The notes under the pieces: model-generated | Told to the model about the DNA's origin: nothing | The model's input: only the letters and a program-made list of their open reading frames with translations | Databases searched by the model: none | Made by a program: the position numbers and the translations under genes | Origin: Antedon mediterranea | Lineage: Eukaryota; Animalia; Echinodermata | Direction: 5' to 3' | DNA length: 64,000 nt | NCBI RefSeq assembly: GCF_964355755.1 | Contig: NC_092671.1 | Location: 1,736,001-1,800,000 of the forward strand | Part shown: in pieces, positions 12,854 to 29,900 of the stretch | Position numbering within the stretch: the first letter of the stretch is position 1 | Layout of the letters: the number at the start of each line of letters is the position of its first letter

Positions 12854-15800
12854 TGATGAATGAAATGAAAATAAATAGAATATAATACATGGTTCAATGT
12901 TTTAAATCATTTATATTTGAAGTCAGTTAGTTAAACATAATGAGTGCATTTATTGGTTTTTAAAGAAATAGAATTTAAAGAATAGAAAAAAATAAAATCC
13001 TATTCTAGAGTAAATTGGAAAAATAAAGATATATTCCTTTCCTCCAGTAAAAGTTCCTTGATATGTTTTCTTGCATTTTATGACACAGTAATTAGTAGTA
13101 ATACAATTAAAGAAGTTTAAATAAATGTTGATAGACTCTATAAAAGATGAAGAGCAAATGCATTTTCTGTCGATTTTTGTTCAGAATCTTATTATTGTGA
13201 TTTATTAGCAGAGACAAGATGATATAGCATGAATCCGAGGGAGAGTTCAGGGGTTCACAAGAGATCGTTTTTAGCTTTTTGATAATTTTTCTGGATTTCA
13301 AAATGTTGCCGCCATCATGGTACTGGTAGTATGCTGTGCTGTGTAGAAAATATTTAGATTTTACTGTAGGATTATCACAGTATTCTGAGTATAACACTAA
13401 CTATGCACAGTGATGTAGTCAGAGGAGATAAAGTGGTACGGTTTTTGCAAGAAAAGAGAACAATCTTTGTTCAAGCCACTGGGTTATCAAAAGCCTCTGT
13501 CAACCGTGCTGGTGGCTATGGCCCTGATACATGATTTAAACCCTTTCCTATCATCTATATGAAACAGGTAACATTGTAGATGGGATCAATGTAAGAACTA
13601 CACATCTACTACGCCATATTTTTTCACGTAGAGTTCCGTAAATATAAAACATGTCATGGGCCTTCCACCTTTTTAAAATTATGATAATATGGATGTTTTT
13701 TAAAAACTTACAATAAAGTAATCAATTAATATTATGATTATTTATTACTTTAATCAAATTTATAGACTTAATTTTCAGTGATGGTTATATTTCCTAACAT
13801 TTATTATAACTAAAACTATTATAAGCATAATTATTTTAGTCATTTTATTTTTACAGTTTCATAAAATGGAAAAACTTCACCGAGTAGTTTTATATTATTA
13901 TCTGTGCATTACTACTATGCCATATTGTTTCACATAGAGTTTCATAAATATAAAACATGCCATAGAATGGAAAAACTTCACCGGTTAGTTTTATATTATT
14001 ATCTATACATAACAGACAACATAATCAAAATAAGTGATCTAATCCAGCAACATGATTCATGAGTTTGTTCCACTCATTATTAAACATCGACTTCAGACTA
14101 AAACTTCCCTCGGGATGCGGTAAAGGTCTTGCTTCTAATATGATTATTGATTTAGAAATTTGTAATCAAATAAGTTAGACAGGCATTATCCATCTCTGAA
14201 TCATACATGTTTATATTATTACTATATTTCTTCACGTGAAATGAAAAAATTATTTGCATATTTTTAAATATATGTTAATTATTCATACGATGCTTTATTC
14301 TCTTATCAATCATTTTGTATAATGAATTTAAATTCATTTAAATTATTGATCAAATATAACATTTTAATTGAAAATACAGATGAATAATATAAAAACTTTG
14401 AATAGGCCATATTTTAAATAGTTTAAATTTACCAAAAAAAAGAACAAAATATTATGATTTCATTTTACAAAAAAATATAAAATACATTTTAATTGTCTTC
14501 AAGACAATTTTTCCTTTAGTTGGTTATTTTTTATTTAAATTATAGATTCATAGTCTTTTTTTGTTAATTAACTTCATCTCAAGATTAATATTGCAATGTA
14601 CATGTTTGATGCTTTGTAATTAAAGTCACTTCAAACTCTTACACATTCTCAGATATATTTAAATATTTAAAATAACTATCATGAATTGTGGATCTCTGAA
14701 GTAAAAAAACCATTAAAATCAGGAAATCACAATATTCATCTATGGTTTCATGCAACGTATGTTGGATGAATAGTAATATTCTTGTTGCTTGTGTTTGCAA
14801 ATAATATGCTCCATAACTCAAAAATGTATTGCAGATGGAAAAGTATCCTATATATTTAAGCTTAGAGTTTGCGAATTTTCTTTTTTCTTTTTCTGTCTGT
14901 ACGTTGGTTGATTTGGATGAAATTTTTCCGAAATAAAATAAATGCGAAATGCTGTTCAAATGCTAATTCTCTGTATGGCTTGTGTACATAACATGATATT
15001 TTGTTCATGAATTTATGTAGTGTATTGAAGTGCAAATAAAAATTAAAAACTATTCATTTTATATTATAAGTTACATACATGAGTTGTACATTAACAGATA
15101 AGCTGGTGTCCCTTAATGTCAAATTGACATTGAATGTGCTGCTGTATGAGCAGAGCACATTGTTTGCTTTCTTCTCTTTAATGTTGTAACATCAATCATT
15201 CCTTTCATTTACATTTGATGACATCTGAACTATGACATTAAGGTATTTTGGTTCGTAATGTGAAAACATGTTGATTTAATAATTGGTACTGTAGTTAATA
15301 TCGTATCAACATTTTATATTTGGAACAAAATAGTTAAATATCAGAAATAGAGATATCACGTTCAAACATAAAGGTTTAAAACATAAAATGATTATTGCTT
15401 TTTTTTTTATGTAAAAATATGAGTTTGTAAATTTTTGAAAACCAACAACTTTCCCAAATTTGAAAATTCTTCCAAAATAAAAGGAATTTCTTAATTAATC
15501 ATCGCAAATATGTTTTTTTCTTATTTGAATAAATTCACAAAGCATACTTTGCAAAACATTTTCGAGCTAGCCCATTGTTTTTCGGTTTTAAGAGAGTTGA
15601 GAACAGAATTGGTTTCATCTGAAAATAGATTTTTTTTAATATTTATGTCTGTCATATACATAGTATAAGAAATTTATAAAAATTCTGTGTATAAGAAATA
15701 GGCTCTTTTGGTATTCACTGTTCTATAATGTTATTGGTGTCAACCTAACATACTGTAGGTCAGAATTTATTGTATTTATTATTGCTGTGACATGTTTATA

Positions 15801-15900
15801 GCTAAATATAAATTGATCAATTTAGTAAATTCAGGTCATGGAAATACTTTGCTGACTTTCAAAGTAGGTTGGAGTTCACAGCTTGGTAAATTAAAATGTA

Positions 15901-16228
15901 GTTTGTATCATCATGATTTGTATCAAGATTTGTATAATCAAGATTTGTATCTAGATTTGTATCTTCAAGATTTGTATCATGATTTGTATCATCAGGATTT
16001 GTATTATCAGGATTTGTATCATCAGGATTTGTATCCTGACTTGTATCATGATTTGTACTGTATCATCATGATTTGTATCATGATTTGTATCAAGATTTGT
16101 GTCATGATTTGTGTCATGATTTGTATCAGGATTTGTATCATCAGGATTTGTATCATCATGATTTGTATCATCATGATTTGTATCATCATGATTTGTATCA
16201 TCATGATTTGTATCAGGATTTGTATCAC
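15901..16228. repeat. Minisatellite with mixed 12/15-bp units (GATTTGTATCAT[CAG/CAT])
   Basis: Directly visible; explains the low-complexity ORFs at 15792-16316. Confidence 0.95.
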
Positions 16229-16434
16229 CACTACAACCATTATAAATGGTCCAGAATGTTTGGAAAGGTGTGTTAAAAGAACAGGAGATATTGTGTCTAC
16301 CCAAAAGTCTTCCTAATAGAAGCCCTTTTCACTATCTGGATCTGCCTATATATGATCATCTAAATCATGGATAAAATTTAACCATCATATTTATCATCAT
16401 TATTATCAATCAAGACACCATCTCATCATTATAA

Positions 16435-16710
16435 TCATCATTATTTTAGGCTTAGAAAAATCATTCTTATTTGTGTCAGTGCTGTCTACTACGGCAATAT
16501 TTCACCACTTGGGATTAACCTCCTACTTGTCTCAAAAGATGTACTAGGTTCTTTAAAGTGCTCATAAGCATTGTATACACTGACTGGGCCTATGGTTTGT
16601 AGTCCTTATCCGAGAAGAATCTTCTACCACCAGAACCATCGAGAGAATGAGCCTCGAACCTGTGTCATAAGGATGGATTATACCGTCTTAACTGCTCGGC
16701 AATTCACTCC
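16435..16710 (-). mobile_element. tRNA-headed SINE with Deu/Nin-type central domain
   Basis: On the minus strand: A-box-like TTGCCGAGCAGTTAAG, B-box-like GGTTCGAGGC, then CTCGGATAAGGACTACAAACCATAGGCCC...GCACTTTAAAGAACCTAG...CTTTTGAGACAAGTAGGAGGTTAATCCC, which resembles the DeuSINE/Nin-DC core. (ATG/ATA)-rich tail. Confidence 0.7.
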
Positions 16711-18237
16711 TCATTATATAGCTAATATTCTCCGTTTTTTCTTAGAAGTTTTCCATGCCCTGTCGTCTATCATCACTGGTTAAATCAAGTCGCATACCTT
16801 GAATGTACAATAAAAATTATGTAGAAAACAGTGAATAAACACATAAGCAGCCTGGACACACTAAACATAGCTTGATATAGTAAAGAGCAAACATACTATG
16901 TGTCTAATTTATTACTGTAATGAATACGAGACAGTTGTGGATGTTTATACTAAAGACAAACAATAATGGAGGATTGCTGCAGCTCCTCTCTCTTTTACCA
17001 ACTGAGGTTTCATTTGATTATTTATGTTCATGTGGCAGGCAGGTTGAAAATAGAATCAGTTTGTAGGGTAGGGGCCTACTGCAACTATCTTAAACCCCAT
17101 TATTATACATGCTAAGTTCGACAGATCTACTTAAGATTTAATGTTTGAGATGAACAATGTATATTAAATGAATACTATGTAAAAGATGCTCTCTTTTGTT
17201 TGTCTGTCAATAATAAGTCTAAAACCTTTAGTTCTTTAGTTACTATTTTGTTCCAAACAAAATAAATAGCCTTTGAAACATAATGGAATTACTATAAATG
17301 CTTGGATTGGATGTAGATGACCAATATGATTATAGCCAATCGTCCACATCAGCAATGAATGTGAATTATACATCATCTAGGGATTTAAAATGTGATCTTA
17401 AAAAATGTTGCATAAAATATGTTAGTTTACAGATGAAGAAGGTGACTAACCATTTAATATGCAAGAAAAGCTTAATATAAATCATTTTTTGTTATTTTAT
17501 ATTTTCTAGATTTGAAAAGAAGACATCTATGATAGTGTCATTATAGATACCATAGATGTTACAATCAATTGCAATCAAAATCTGAGGTATGCATCCACAT
17601 CACATACATAAAACTTGTTTGAATGTTTTAAAACTATATAATTTTAAAAACAACACAGCAACTTTGTCTAGGCCCTACTATATATCAATTTATTGGTATC
17701 TTTTTTTCCTTTTATTTTTTCAATATCAGCAGGGCCATTAGATCTACCTACTGATAGGCCTGAGATGGGATAGTTACCTTTCCTCATTATTATCTGACTA
17801 TAAATATAGTAAACCTTGTATTGATATTTGCTTATCCTTGCCTCCTTAGATTTCTGCCTGTCTTGTTTTTGTACTTATGTTTAAATGTATTTCGATTTTG
17901 AAGGCTAAATTAAGAATGAAATGAATGGATATCTTTATAGATCGTGGCTCTTCAAACTTTCCTTATTATTATCTGATCTATAAATACAATATAAATATAG
18001 CAAAACCTTGTATTGATATCTTTATAGATCATTTAGCTGATATCATTATCTTGCTAAGTTAGGGTGATAGAATCATCGTAAAAGAATGTACAACTGTCGC
18101 CTATAGCTACAATGCTGGTGTCTAAAGTGGTAATATTATCCAACTAATGTCTGTTATGTAGTCATTCTGAAAATAATAATAACTAGCAGGTTTTATATTT
18201 GGAAAAGTTATTTCTGTACAGATTATTTTGAGTGGAG

Positions 18238-18494
18238 TTGTGGCTTGGTGGTTATGATGCTTGGCTACCACTCCAAGGGTCCTGGGTGCAAGTCCCGTCA
18301 CATGTCATGGATTTTTTCTAAGGACAAAATTACAACTCCACTCCCAAAGACTTGTAATATTAATAAGACTTTGTTTATGTAGAGCATCTTGTGTATATGT
18401 TTGTCTTGTGAACCTCTGAGGGTCCCTAATGATCAGCAATTGCTGGATGGATCACCCTCATTAAATATGGTAAAAATAAAAAAAAAATAAAAAA
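18238..18494 (+). mobile_element. tRNA-derived SINE, copy 1
   Basis: A box TGGCTTGGTGG, mutated B box GGTGCAAGTCC, A-rich tail. Nearly identical to the copy at 32397-32645. Confidence 0.85.
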
Positions 18495-21400
18495 CGAATT
18501 GGTAATCAAAGAGAAGAGTGAAATTTTACTATAATTTCACTCTTCCCTGGTATAAAGCGAAGATCCAAGACTACCCCACCCACTAATACAACTAAATGCA
18601 TGTTACATTGCGCATGTTTAGTCCAAACGAATACATTTTTGTATTGGATGTTTTTAACCATTACTAAGGATAACATTTAAACCAGTTATTTGAAATTTGT
18701 CAAAAACCAAAAAAAATAATGGAGGTAATTTATTCACACATTGAAAGTGAAACATACCTTATGATACAAATTGATGTTGAAATGTTTTTAAAAAACATAA
18801 TTCATTATGCACATGATAATGTAGTTATAGGTGTTTGGTAGTGTGATAAATTCTTCTCTCAACTTTCACCAACTAGAATTCTCTGGGTGAGAGTGTAAAA
18901 CCTTAAACTAAACCGCTTCTTTTTAAGAGACCATAAACCAGTAGTAAAAGCTATATTTAGTCTAAGATTATCACTATGTTAAATATATTTTACAACTGTT
19001 TTTAATAAATAATTTTAGATAATAAAATATAATTTGCTTACATCGCAGAGATATCTGCAATACTTTATTCTTTTTTTATTTTTTAGTCAAAAAGCCTAAA
19101 AAATGAAAAGAAGAGGAAGAAAAACAATAAAATCAATTTTAAAGTGTATTTATTTTCATCACAATCAATTGAAGGTAAGTTATAGATAATATACAAATTA
19201 ATTTCATGAAAACGGTAAAATAGATCCCTATCTATAAAAATTCCAATATGTACAGTGGTCAGATTCTGCTGTGGCAAAGACTGAAAAAACAATGATTTTT
19301 TCATAATATTCTATGGCATATAGGCCTACAGTAGAAAATAACAGTTGCAATGGGTATATTCCACTGTAGGTATACACTAGGAAAAGGACCTAAAATAACG
19401 ATTGATAAAAGAAGATTTGTGATTTGAGACCGATGCGATGCGATGGGTTATCCCAAGCTGCCCTTATACTACAGCAGGAGTTTAATGAATGTTGTAATTA
19501 CATTTGTCATGATTTACAACTTTAACCTCTATTTGAGTTCAGATGCAAAGCTTTAAATTATGAAGAGAGATGGACCAAATAAAAATAAGCATCTATAAAT
19601 CACCTGGTAAGTATAAATTGCTTACTGTTACTGTAGAGATGTTTGACCCATGACCCATCAAAAACCTATGAAGCAGTAGATTGTAAAAAATTATATTAAT
19701 TTTAAATCAATTTGGATTTTTAAAGTCAGTCCTCTTTTCTGGATATTTTTGTGTATAGCTCATGGCTCTGTGGAACAAAATGCTTCTCTCCTAAGGGTCA
19801 CGTCATGTCCGCTATCATTCCCTCTCCTGTCCACAAGAGTGGCTGTGTGTCACCTACAGGGGCGGCTCCAGCATTATAGATTAGGGAGTGCTAAATATTT
19901 TATAAATGATAAAAACAATCCGTCGGGTTGCAGAAAAATAAAAATAGTAATTATTTTATTTTTAAAAGTTCAAACAAGCTCTGGACTTTTTTTAACAATC
20001 TCCTTTCATATATTTTGACTCGTTTCCAATTTGAATTGAAATATCAGATTTATTTTTGATAATCACGATTTATTTTAAATTTATATTTTTATTAAGTTTC
20101 ATAAAGGGTCATTATTCTAGGTTATCAACATAATAACTACAGCAGATGGCAATCCTAGATAATGACTCTTTAATGTTTTATGTTTAATTTTGTTGCCAAA
20201 TAAAAATGAACTGAAGTATTTTATATGCAATGTTCTTGATACTAAATGTGATTTTCTGCAGATTCTATTAACTTTAAGTAGAAGAATAATGGGATGAATA
20301 TTTTATGATTTTTGGAAAATGATGGTAACCTAGATAAACTTCTTGATGATTATTTTTATAATGTACATTTTTTGTATTATTAAAAAATAAAATTCAAACT
20401 AAACCAAGCGCTGGGGAAAGAAATGGACATTTTATTTTACAGAAATTCATGTTTTCTTGGTAGAAAGTAGAGGGCGCTATTGATGTTTGTTGGGGATTTG
20501 TTTGAAGAATAAAGTAGAGTTTCTGTAAAAAAAAAGAATAACTAAAAACGATATTAAATGTTGTATAAAAAACTCTTCTCAGGAATGTATTCATTGTAAT
20601 AGAAATTAGAAGATGTAAATGATAATAATACGTGCAAGAGAGTTCAGGGTTCATATAAAGAGAAAACTACAGTAGCTTCTCTTGAATATGATGGAAATGA
20701 AGTTCCAAATCTATTTAAATTTATTCAGAGAATCTTGTGGTAAACATGTAATAAAATGATGCTATCAAACATTCTCAGTCAAAGTATAGCTTTTAAGAGG
20801 AAAGATTAAAACACATGCAGTTTATATAAATCTATTGAGAAACATTGTAATGAGATAGGTGGCAGGTGATTTGAAGAATGTAATGACCCATCTTTATCAA
20901 AGGTTCATTGTTAAAAACCTTTGTTCCTGTCGTTTAATTGATATTAGTTGAATCCTATTCAATGCGTTGGTAATTGGTGATAAATATTTAACTTGTTAAA
21001 TTCAATAATTTATAATCATATTATGTTTGTCATATATAGCTAGTATCTGAATTAAAACAAGTAACAAATAAACATACAGCTTTTAATGGATCTAGAGTTG
21101 GAGAGAAACACCCTTTTGGTGTGATTAACAACTAGCTCTTAAGGGTTCTGGAGTTGGATGGACACACCCTTTGGTGTCATTGACAGCTCTTTCTTTACTG
21201 CTCAATGTTTCATGTTTCACTGAAAGGAATAAATAAATAAAATAACCATATAAGGAATAATGACATAGAAATATCACATTTACATCAATATTTTTAGTGA
21301 CACTAGTCTTATCGTCGATTGGCTGCCATAATTTGGATGGTTGGCTACAATTACTATTTGTTTGAATCCAGTATTTTAAAATTTCTATTACTTTACCACA

Positions 21401-23869
21401 GTGTTTCTACAAATAATGCAAGGGGTTCATACTCCATTATGGCCATGGTGAAACTAACTTACCATAAACGGTACGATATTGTTTATTGTCAATTTAATGA
21501 CAATGAGGTACATATGAAATTTGGTTGGTTGGTTTACTTACATTTCTGATTTATATGCAATTATACAATGAAGATATAATATTATTTTTATGCCTCTTTG
21601 GTTGTAATCTAAATAAATAAGTTGAGTAACCAACCAATCATGGAAGAATAAACTGCAGAGGAATTACCTCCAAGAAACACAATTGTTAACAATTCATGTG
21701 ACAACATCAATTTAATTCAATCGTGCAAACATGACATTTCACATCGGCCTACATATTAACTTGATTTATTCCACTGAGGGTTTATTAAACTTATTAATTA
21801 TAAGTGAGTATAGATCTTGGATATCAGCAATGAAGGATTTTGCATCTTCAGTTGATTGTTATTTATTATTACATCAGATGCTGCTGTAACTCAACGAATC
21901 TGTGGCTATTGACTTTAGATAGATTTGGCATTGACGCTTTAACGTCATCGTCAACTGCGAATGCACGATTCAAAACATGTTCATGATGTTCAAGATTTTT
22001 ACCGTGTAAACCAAACTCCATTCGTATTACCTCAACTTAAGTACATACTAACAAATTTGCATACGGATGATACTACAGTCGCTTGTAATCGTCAGTTCAA
22101 CTTCTTTTTTAATTCTTTTCAATTATGCCCCCAACTAATTTTCATAATTCTATCATTGCTTCTTTTACATATGTAAGCCTACTTTGTGTTATTCTAGTCT
22201 CCACATTGTCTCCCAAATTATGCACATTAAAAAGCAGTAGCTAAGCACATTTTAATGAGCCATAATAAATGATTTTAATGTAACACCACATGCCATGGTA
22301 ATTGTTTTTGTGAAAAAAACACTTTTTCTTTATAACAGCAATGTCATATACATACTCATAATCCTCTCTTATCAATATTATTATGATTAGGTATCATTAT
22401 TACTAAATGTGTTTATATTTTTCCATTTTCATCAAATTTGTTTGTCATCTCTATCATCATCATTGTCATTATATTAATTGTATATAGGATTTAACTTGTA
22501 AATATCACTACCTTATTGAATGAATGTATATTGAATTGAATTTGTATTAATAAATTGTTTCTTTATATTGTTAAATGTTTATTTTTATATTCTTGTTTAA
22601 TGTACTGTTTAGGCATTCATTCTGAATAATTGTAAACTCTTCATTTCAACCCTTTGGTTGTTTTTGAGTATTTTATACCAGTATTGTGTCAATTGTGTCT
22701 TCAAATTTTTAAATTCCAATGCAAAAGAGTAAGTTAAGTTTACCATTTTTCTTTTCTTTCTTCCTGGATCCTCCCTCCACTGATCATCAGTTTTAGATCT
22801 CATCAACATAATTCTGTCATGCCATATCACCTTTTTTTGTGTAATCAGGTTTACTGAGGAACTGCATTTTCTTTCTGACTGTTTTACTTTATCTGTTTTA
22901 TTTAGCTTTTTGCTAATTTTATTTGTACCTTCATTGAGATCCTTTTGATCAATATAGGGCCTATAAACAATAATATATACATTTCAATATGTATGGTCAA
23001 TTTTTGTTGAATATGCCATTTTAATGTTAATTAATCTTCATTTTTCATGTTTTTGGGGACAAAACATCTTTAATTGCTCAGAAATATCTCTCTTGCAGTA
23101 GAATTGTAAAAGTAAACAATCTGCAAGTTAGTCTTCAGATCACATGACTCTCGAGGATGACTCATAAGAGTGATTGTTATAAGTTTACCTCTTTCTCTTT
23201 GAAAATTAATATCTGGAAGCAGAAGCCCTTCAGAATTGTCAGCATTTTAATAACAAGCATATGCTATTCATTTTGTGAGGTGAAATTACAGTTGATATCT
23301 GGCCATTAACCTTACTTTATCCAGAGGGGTTAATCATTTAGGATGTTCACATCTATTTTTATATTTTTTTATTACCGTGTGAGCCAAAAAATGAATCTGT
23401 ATAAATAAAGAGAAAAAAATGTTAAAAGTTGGCTGCTTATAATTTTTTGCCTATATTTTTAAAGCTGATTTATTCACGGCAGCCTGTTCAGTGATTATAG
23501 GTTTATTTTTTTTGCTATAACTGTTAAATAATACTATAAAAAAAAAACATGTATTTTATTGTATTGCAAAAATATATTTAGAACAATTCACTTTAGATAC
23601 AAAATAATGACTGTAACGTTTTTGTAGCAATATTCAGATCTGATCTATGAAAATGAAAAACTTTTTTTGTTACAGAAGATAAAAACCACTTACGAAAAAT
23701 TAATTTATTTTATACCATTCGTGTACGTGTTAAAATGATGCTTATATTTTTGTTAAAATCTTTGTAAAATTGTTTTATACTAGCAGCTAATTAGTAAGGA
23801 AAAATTATTTACTGCTGCAATTCAAGCTCTTGAAAAATCAACAGTGCGCCACCAACGTTGTGAATCTGA

Positions 23870-23878
23870 TCTTTTCTT
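23870..23878 (+). promoter_or_regulatory. TCT initiator / 5'TOP tract of RPL36A
   Basis: TCTTTTCTT about 22 nt upstream of the ATG at 23893; fits the YC+1TTTYY ribosomal-protein initiator. Confidence 0.7.
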
Positions 23879-23892
23879 ATTTGGAGGCCAAA

Positions 23893-26154
<2,262 letters not shown>

Positions 26155-26366
26155 TTTGTGATGGGTAGCAAAGGATAACACCAATGAAATGATGATATTC
26201 AACCTGGAAACTCTTTAAAACAGCTAATTGTAATTCTTGATCTTGTATATTAAAAATAACAAAGTGAAAAAAATAATTTGTCTTGTTTGTTTGTTTATGG
26301 TTTTTAGAAAATAATCGTGGATTGAATAGTAGACAGCAAGACCAAATACACAAATGCAACCTTTAA

Positions 26367-26551
26367 GGCCAATTTACACAGACCAGCGGTAACGATAATA
26401 CAAATATAGAATCTATGTTATTCCTTATGACCATTTACTCGCACAACACAGAGTGGAGAGGCGGTTACCGCTCGGGATAGATACAGATTCTACGTTGGAC
26501 ATGTGACATGGTTTTTCGCTTACCGTTGCCACTCGTCTGTGTAAATTGGCC
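26367..26551. mobile_element. MITE (185 bp), superfamily uncertain (Harbinger-like TIR, TTAA flanks)
   Basis: TIR GGCCAATTTACACAGAC is perfect for 17 bp and imperfect to about 31 bp. TTAA on both sides (26363-26366, 26552-26555). Confidence 0.8.
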
Positions 26552-26900
26552 TTAACACAAAATGTGTACTTGATAATATGCTCTTCACCCTCATACTAAT
26601 ATAGATGTTGAAAGTGTGGGGCTCAAAAACATCACATCTCTACAAAGTCTTTGAAACCTTGAGAATAAACATTCAAAGTGTACACACATCTGTTTAAAAA
26701 TCAAATTAAGAATTTATTAAAAAACTTTGAAATTTACAATTAAAGCAAATATGCAGTACAATTTATATACAGATTTGACATAAAATCACAATTGCTGTAC
26801 AATTTAAAATGCGCAACTGTATTGTTGCGCAAGTACTGAATAATGGATAGTACTGTACATGTAGAGAAGTTTCTTGTCATTGGTAGCCTAGCTCAGAGAC

Positions 26901-29900
26901 TTATGGTTTGAAATCTGATGCATCAACAATACATTTATTTTGCCTGTACATTTGTAGTAATTCCTTCCATTTGGGATGAGTTTCAAGTAGATCCCGGTTT
27001 CCTGTAATGAAAAGATTAATATTTAAAATGTTTGTTACATAGTCAATGCATTTGTCTTTCAGTATGCCCGTTTCTCTATTATTTAGTTCTTACCTATAAG
27101 AATGAGTCCTTTCTTGGCCCTGGTCAGTGCTACATTCATTTGGTTTTCATCAGCTATAAAACCTAAATTGGTCTTTATCCATCCTACACTTGGTCTCTTT
27201 TCAATCTCAACTCCTGGTAATGACCTTACAGTTGACATGATTACGTAATCCCATTCCTTACCTTTCGGATATAAATTGATTTGTATACATTAATTTGTTT
27301 GATTTTGGATATGGATGGACAAATCATATAATTACCAACCTTAAAATTGAAGTGCGTGACAGACTACACCATTTTAGTGTTTGGGTGTGGGGGAGTGGTT
27401 TGTGGGGAATTTAGTTCAATGACAACCCTAGACAGTCGGAAATGGTACTAGCGCACGTAAAACAAATAATGGAACCTCTAGTTGGTCAGAAATTATCGTA
27501 GCCTACTTTTTCTGTGACTAAGGATAACATTTTTTCATACCGTTTTGATCGTATGATCATTCGGGAAAACACCTCGCAACATGTTATGTGTTTATTCTTT
27601 TAAATAATGCGTGTTTCATTAAAATCACCTGACCGCACGATGCGAGACTGTTAATAACTATGAATCACATTTATACTGTAGATCAACCAATTTTGCAATA
27701 TAACCATACCTTGGCTAAGAAACACAGTTGAAACAAGAATTCCACATTCCTTAAGAGCAGTTCTGATTCGTTTACATTGGAACCGATATTGAGATAGTAT
27801 CACAACATCTTTAGATTCTACTCCTTTCTCCAGAAGTTTACAAGCAATCCGGACCTAAACAAATACAAAATGGTAAAAATATGTAAATGGTATATTTAGG
27901 CTGGTTGATGTATGTAAATAGTATTTTTTTTTTCCAAATAAAAATTTTTAAATGAATGTGCTATAAATGTTCAGGTTTATAGAGAGAAAAAGTATAGCGT
28001 TTAGTGCTTACTAAACTAATTGATTGATTGATTGGAGGTAAAGGATAAGAGATTTGGCCTACTTGTATTTTGTTACTAATCATAATTAAGGAAATTTCAA
28101 AGAAACTGCATGAAGTTGATATTGAATGTAGATGTTTATGTTTGCTTTTCTTCAAGCAGGTTGCATTAGGACCAGGACCTTGTTATTGTCAGAATCTTAT
28201 TTTTTTTCTATCTTATTCTTATTTTTTTCCCCGAATTTTGTTAATCGTGTATCTCTAATTCTTGTCAACATAGGATTGTATAACTTTGTCAGAAGATTGA
28301 CCTCTAACTGTAGATGTATGGTTGATCGTAAATTCTGAACAAAAATTCATTTTTCAATGAAACTTTACAAAAGTGTATTTATAATAATATGGAGAAATTT
28401 TTGACATGATAAAAATAGTATGCTACGCAAATAATTACGCGATTACGTGTATTTAAAATTTCAAAATGAGCAAAATTGATTTCTAATTAATTTCGCGTAC
28501 ATTTCAGGTCATTTTGAGCATTTAAAAATTGTTTGCGTTTTGCGCACACACTTGTGCACACAGCTCGTACAAAGCGTAGAAAAAGGTTTTTGCAATTAAA
28601 TTTTGTTTTTCATACCTTCTGTGGTAGAATTTCATTCATTTTGATTAACTTTAATTGCAAAATAGCGACGCACATGCACGTTAAACTTTAATAATGGTGT
28701 ACTAGAGAATAGGTAATTTAATGCAAATTTTGTGCAAAAATATACCTATTTTGTAACTCCTCAGGATAGCTGAACCCGAACTCGTCAAAGTGACGAGTTC
28801 AAATCTAGTGAAATTTGTATGTTTTCTGTTTTCTTATCTATAATTTTGCCTACATTAAAACTTGGCAATGATCTCTGAACAATGTTTACACCAAAAATGA
28901 AGATTCTTGGACACTCCACTGAAAACACACACATTAGGCTACTGCTGCAAATGCTTTGTAACAAAGTCCTATATTATACAGATATTGCCTTCTTAGAGGT
29001 AAAATATAAGATTTGACATCCCTGAGGGAATGATATTTTGGTCAAGGGAATTTATATTTTCCGAAGCACTAGCTAAGGTAAAACGTTGTCGTGATGATGT
29101 GGACTAATCTTCGCGAGTTCAGTCTCATTAGATGAATTTTGTTTATTTATCGCCAAACGCGAGTGTTGTCACCTGAAAATTACACAGTCAATATCATCGT
29201 ACTTGAGAATTTACTGGATTTTATATGTTTAATGACAGGGTCACGATAATCACGCGAAAATTACTCCGTCAATATCATCGTACTCGAGGATATATACGAT
29301 TTACGATCCTTGCAGCAGTAGTCATGTAATGCAACCAATCACATCCATGTATTTACATAGGCTATGTAATATAAATCATTGTAAACCACTAACCACATGA
29401 TCAACCTCATGTGGGTTGCTTTTGCTTTGTTCACTTGCTTCTAAACTCTTAACAGTTTGGGTTTCCTCTTTACCATTCACGTGGCAGAATATAATTGGAC
29501 AACTGGAACCAGCTGGCCAAAACTCCTGTTCCCAGTTTTCAGTTTTACGATTTATAACATGATCATCTGTCTCTAATTTATTATCGTAGAAAGCTTTTGA
29601 TGGAAACTCGCAGATCTTTGGATGCTAAGAAAGGAAAAATGTAATGAATTGAATTCCAAAAGTCCAATTTAATTGGGCAGTATTTTGTAATGTAATGATA
29701 TACATTTATAATTGAAAAATCAACCTTAGTATCACAATTCAATTGGGTTCATAATACTGCAAAAGTTTGCCAAAATTATGGCGGAATTATCTCACTATGA
29801 TTTTCTGAGAATGTAGTAAAGTGAATTTCAGTAAAATTATATTTGCAAACTGTGAAATATTGATTTGTATTGGCTATTTTACAAGGTCAGAACCCAAGTT

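Noticed and set aside
12573-12897. Three overlapping ORFs with repeated YMFMLYVHVICSC
   Set aside because: Artefact of a 13-bp minisatellite lacking stop codons on that strand.
15792-16316. 174-aa His/Asp/Tyr-rich ORF and antisense DTNHD ORF
   Set aside because: Translation of a 12/15-bp tandem repeat; no splice or homology support.
21780-22170. Coding-like minus-strand stretch (LEHHEHVLNRAFAVDDDVK...)
   Set aside because: Interrupted by stops and not assignable to any family I recognise.
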